64,000 bases of DNA from Vitrella brassicaformis CCMP3155 (lineage: Eukaryota > Protista > Chromerida), in the NCBI GenBank assembly GCA_001179505.1, contig CDMY01001036.1:124001-188000 (forward strand), written 5' to 3'. The notes below the pieces were generated by a model, which saw nothing but the letters and a program-made list of their open reading frames with translations, ran no database searches and was not told the origin of the DNA. A program made the translations under genes and the position numbers. Shown one piece after another: positions 62,563 through 64,000 of this stretch. How positions within the stretch are numbered: the first letter of the stretch is position 1; every line of letters starts with the position of its first letter.

Positions 62563-62616
62563 TGTATTCTCACGACTTATATCATCTTCGAACGCTGAGC
62601 GAGAGCGACACAGAAA

Positions 62617-64000
62617 ATGTCGCAGCGGCCAGCGTCTCATCCTCGGCTTCATCTGGGGCAGACTGACCACCAGCAAAGGTGAGTACATGTAGAGAGAGCA
62701 ATCAAGAGAGTCAGAGACGCCCAAACAAGACAGCTGCAGCGGCCGCAAGGGCAAGAAGATCACTCCATCAGTCAAACCTTCCCTCCCCTCGGTGTCTGCA
62801 TCCACCATGTTGTCATCTGCAGAGCCTCGAGACCGAATACCAGGAGAATGGCTACTGTTCGTCAGCTGCAAGAGGCGCTGCGTGCCAAGGACGGCGAGAT
62901 ACAGGTGCTCAAGAGAGTGGATGTGGACAGGTGAGAAGTGGTGGAGCGGTAATGAATGTATGACTTTGAGGGTCTTCCTGTCTATCTGTCTTTGCCAGGA
63001 GAAAACCGCACGCAGAAGGAACGACTCGTAGGAAAGAACAAGAGACACTACACACACACACACACACCAACCCCACTCGTCCATCCATCCATCCATCCGT
63101 CTATCTGTCTGTCTGTCTGTCTGTCTGTGTGTCAGGACCATCTCGAGTCTTGAGCGTTCGACGAGAGGCATTTTGGCGATGACCTGCAGGCCAAGGACCA
63201 GTGCATCAAGCTGGCGGACAACGGCCCTCGAGCAGCCACCCCACCGCCCCCTGTCAACATGCACATGAGCCTGTCCCTGATCGGCAAGGCCCTTCTGGCC
63301 GAAGCGCAACGGCTTTCCTTGTTGGTGGCTGGGGTTGAGAAGAAGCAGAAAAGCCTGAGACAGAAGCGCACGGTGGGCAACGCGCGAAGTACACAGATGT
63401 GGGCGGGGGAGACACACTGTGATGCATGTGCGACAGGAGGAGATCTTCCAGCTGCGCCATGACCTCGCAATGGCGGACCACCCTCTTCGGCAGACAGCGC
63501 ACCCGCGACACGTTGTTGGAGTCCTCATGTAATGGCCCGTGTTTCTTCCCTCTCTGTTTGTGTCTCAGCAGAAAGAGTTGTCCGAGTCAACCAACAACTG
63601 CATTCGTCTGCAAGAGGAGAACAAGCGCATTCGGCTGGACCTCGAGAGGACGCACCACGACCTCGGCACCAGCCACGAGAAGATGGCCACACGGGTTGAG
63701 ACTATCGACAAGATGCACGCAGCGCTCGTGGTCAGAGAGTCAGGGAGGGAGGGAGGGAGGGAGAGAGGACCATGCTTGGGTGGATTGCCATGTTCTGCCT
63801 GCGTGTGCAGGAGGACAACGGTCGGTTGCTGGGTGAGGTGGACAAGACCGCACCTCGACAAGCCGCCAAAGCATGGCCACACGGGTCGAGAACGTCGACA
63901 AGATGCACAAGTGAGAAAACCAACATATGCACTCAACGATGAGATGGTGTCCGTGCACGCAGGAATGACGGCAAGAGCCCGCAGTCAATTGAGGGGCGTG
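62617..64000 (+). pseudogene. Coiled-coil family copy B, running off the window end; in-frame TGA at 63151 and a frameshift near 63850
   Basis: MSQRPASH.. | ..TVRQLQEALRAKDGEIQVLKR | ENRTQKERL | DHLES* then frame continues | KELSESTNNCIRLQEENKR..MATRVETIDKMHAALV; 63704-63918 is homologous to 57490-57685. Confidence 0.6.

Noticed and set aside
54360-62620. Autonomous transposon (Helitron, MULE) explaining the mosaic
   Set aside because: I found no transposase or RepHel ORF, terminal inverted repeats, clear target-site duplication or CTRR-hairpin end. The 1.16-kb insert begins with TC, but that alone is uninformative. The mechanism is left open.
63151-63153. Programmed readthrough or selenocysteine at the in-frame TGA
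   Set aside because: The same gene has a frameshift downstream and its paralogue is also decayed; no SECIS was identified. Pseudogenisation is simpler.
1-64000. CRISPR array, prokaryotic operon or defence island
   Set aside because: Repeats are simple microsatellites inside spliceosomal introns. There are no repeat-spacer arrays or cas-like ORFs, and the genes are eukaryotic and intron-rich.
1-64000. Most entries of the six-frame ORF track (CVCV/HTHT/TDRQ-rich, X-containing or antisense ORFs)
   Set aside because: They are translations of intronic microsatellites, N gaps or the GC-rich antisense strand of real exons.
1-64000. rRNA or tRNA genes
   Set aside because: No recognisable conserved rRNA or cloverleaf sequence was seen by eye; tRNAscan/Infernal were not run.

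Overview
This is GC-rich, intron-dense eukaryotic genomic DNA with no prokaryotic features. Introns are mostly about 60-150 nt and filled with (CA)n/(TG)n, (ACAG)n/(CTGT)n and (ATCC)n microsatellites. Intron style, composition and a RAP-domain gene suggest an alveolate, probably a chromerid such as Vitrella brassicaformis (inference, not verified). I spliced exons by hand and checked GT..AG sites and codon phases. From 0.6 to 54.2 kb there are about 17 genes, almost all in head-to-head pairs. In order: multi-pass membrane protein / 3xEGF type-I membrane protein; LRR protein / ZnF-UBP+RING protein; nucleotide-sugar transporter; a very large DDX5-like DEAD-box helicase fused to 3 KH domains and WG/GW repeats / RAP protein; hypothetical / P-U-type cyclin; family-16 methyltransferase / signal peptide-ARM-TM-RING protein; hypothetical / Asteroid-FAM120-like PIN protein; GxxxG+RING protein / atypical kinase; hypothetical / PWP1. 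From 54.4 to 64 kb the pattern breaks. This all-plus-strand mosaic contains inverted, intron-retaining copies of pieces of two genes in this window, the spliceable 3' end of an AMSH/STAMBP-like deubiquitinase, a duplicated element and decayed coiled-coil genes. Four 300-N gaps hide sequence. All assignments come from motif recognition by eye; no database searches were run.
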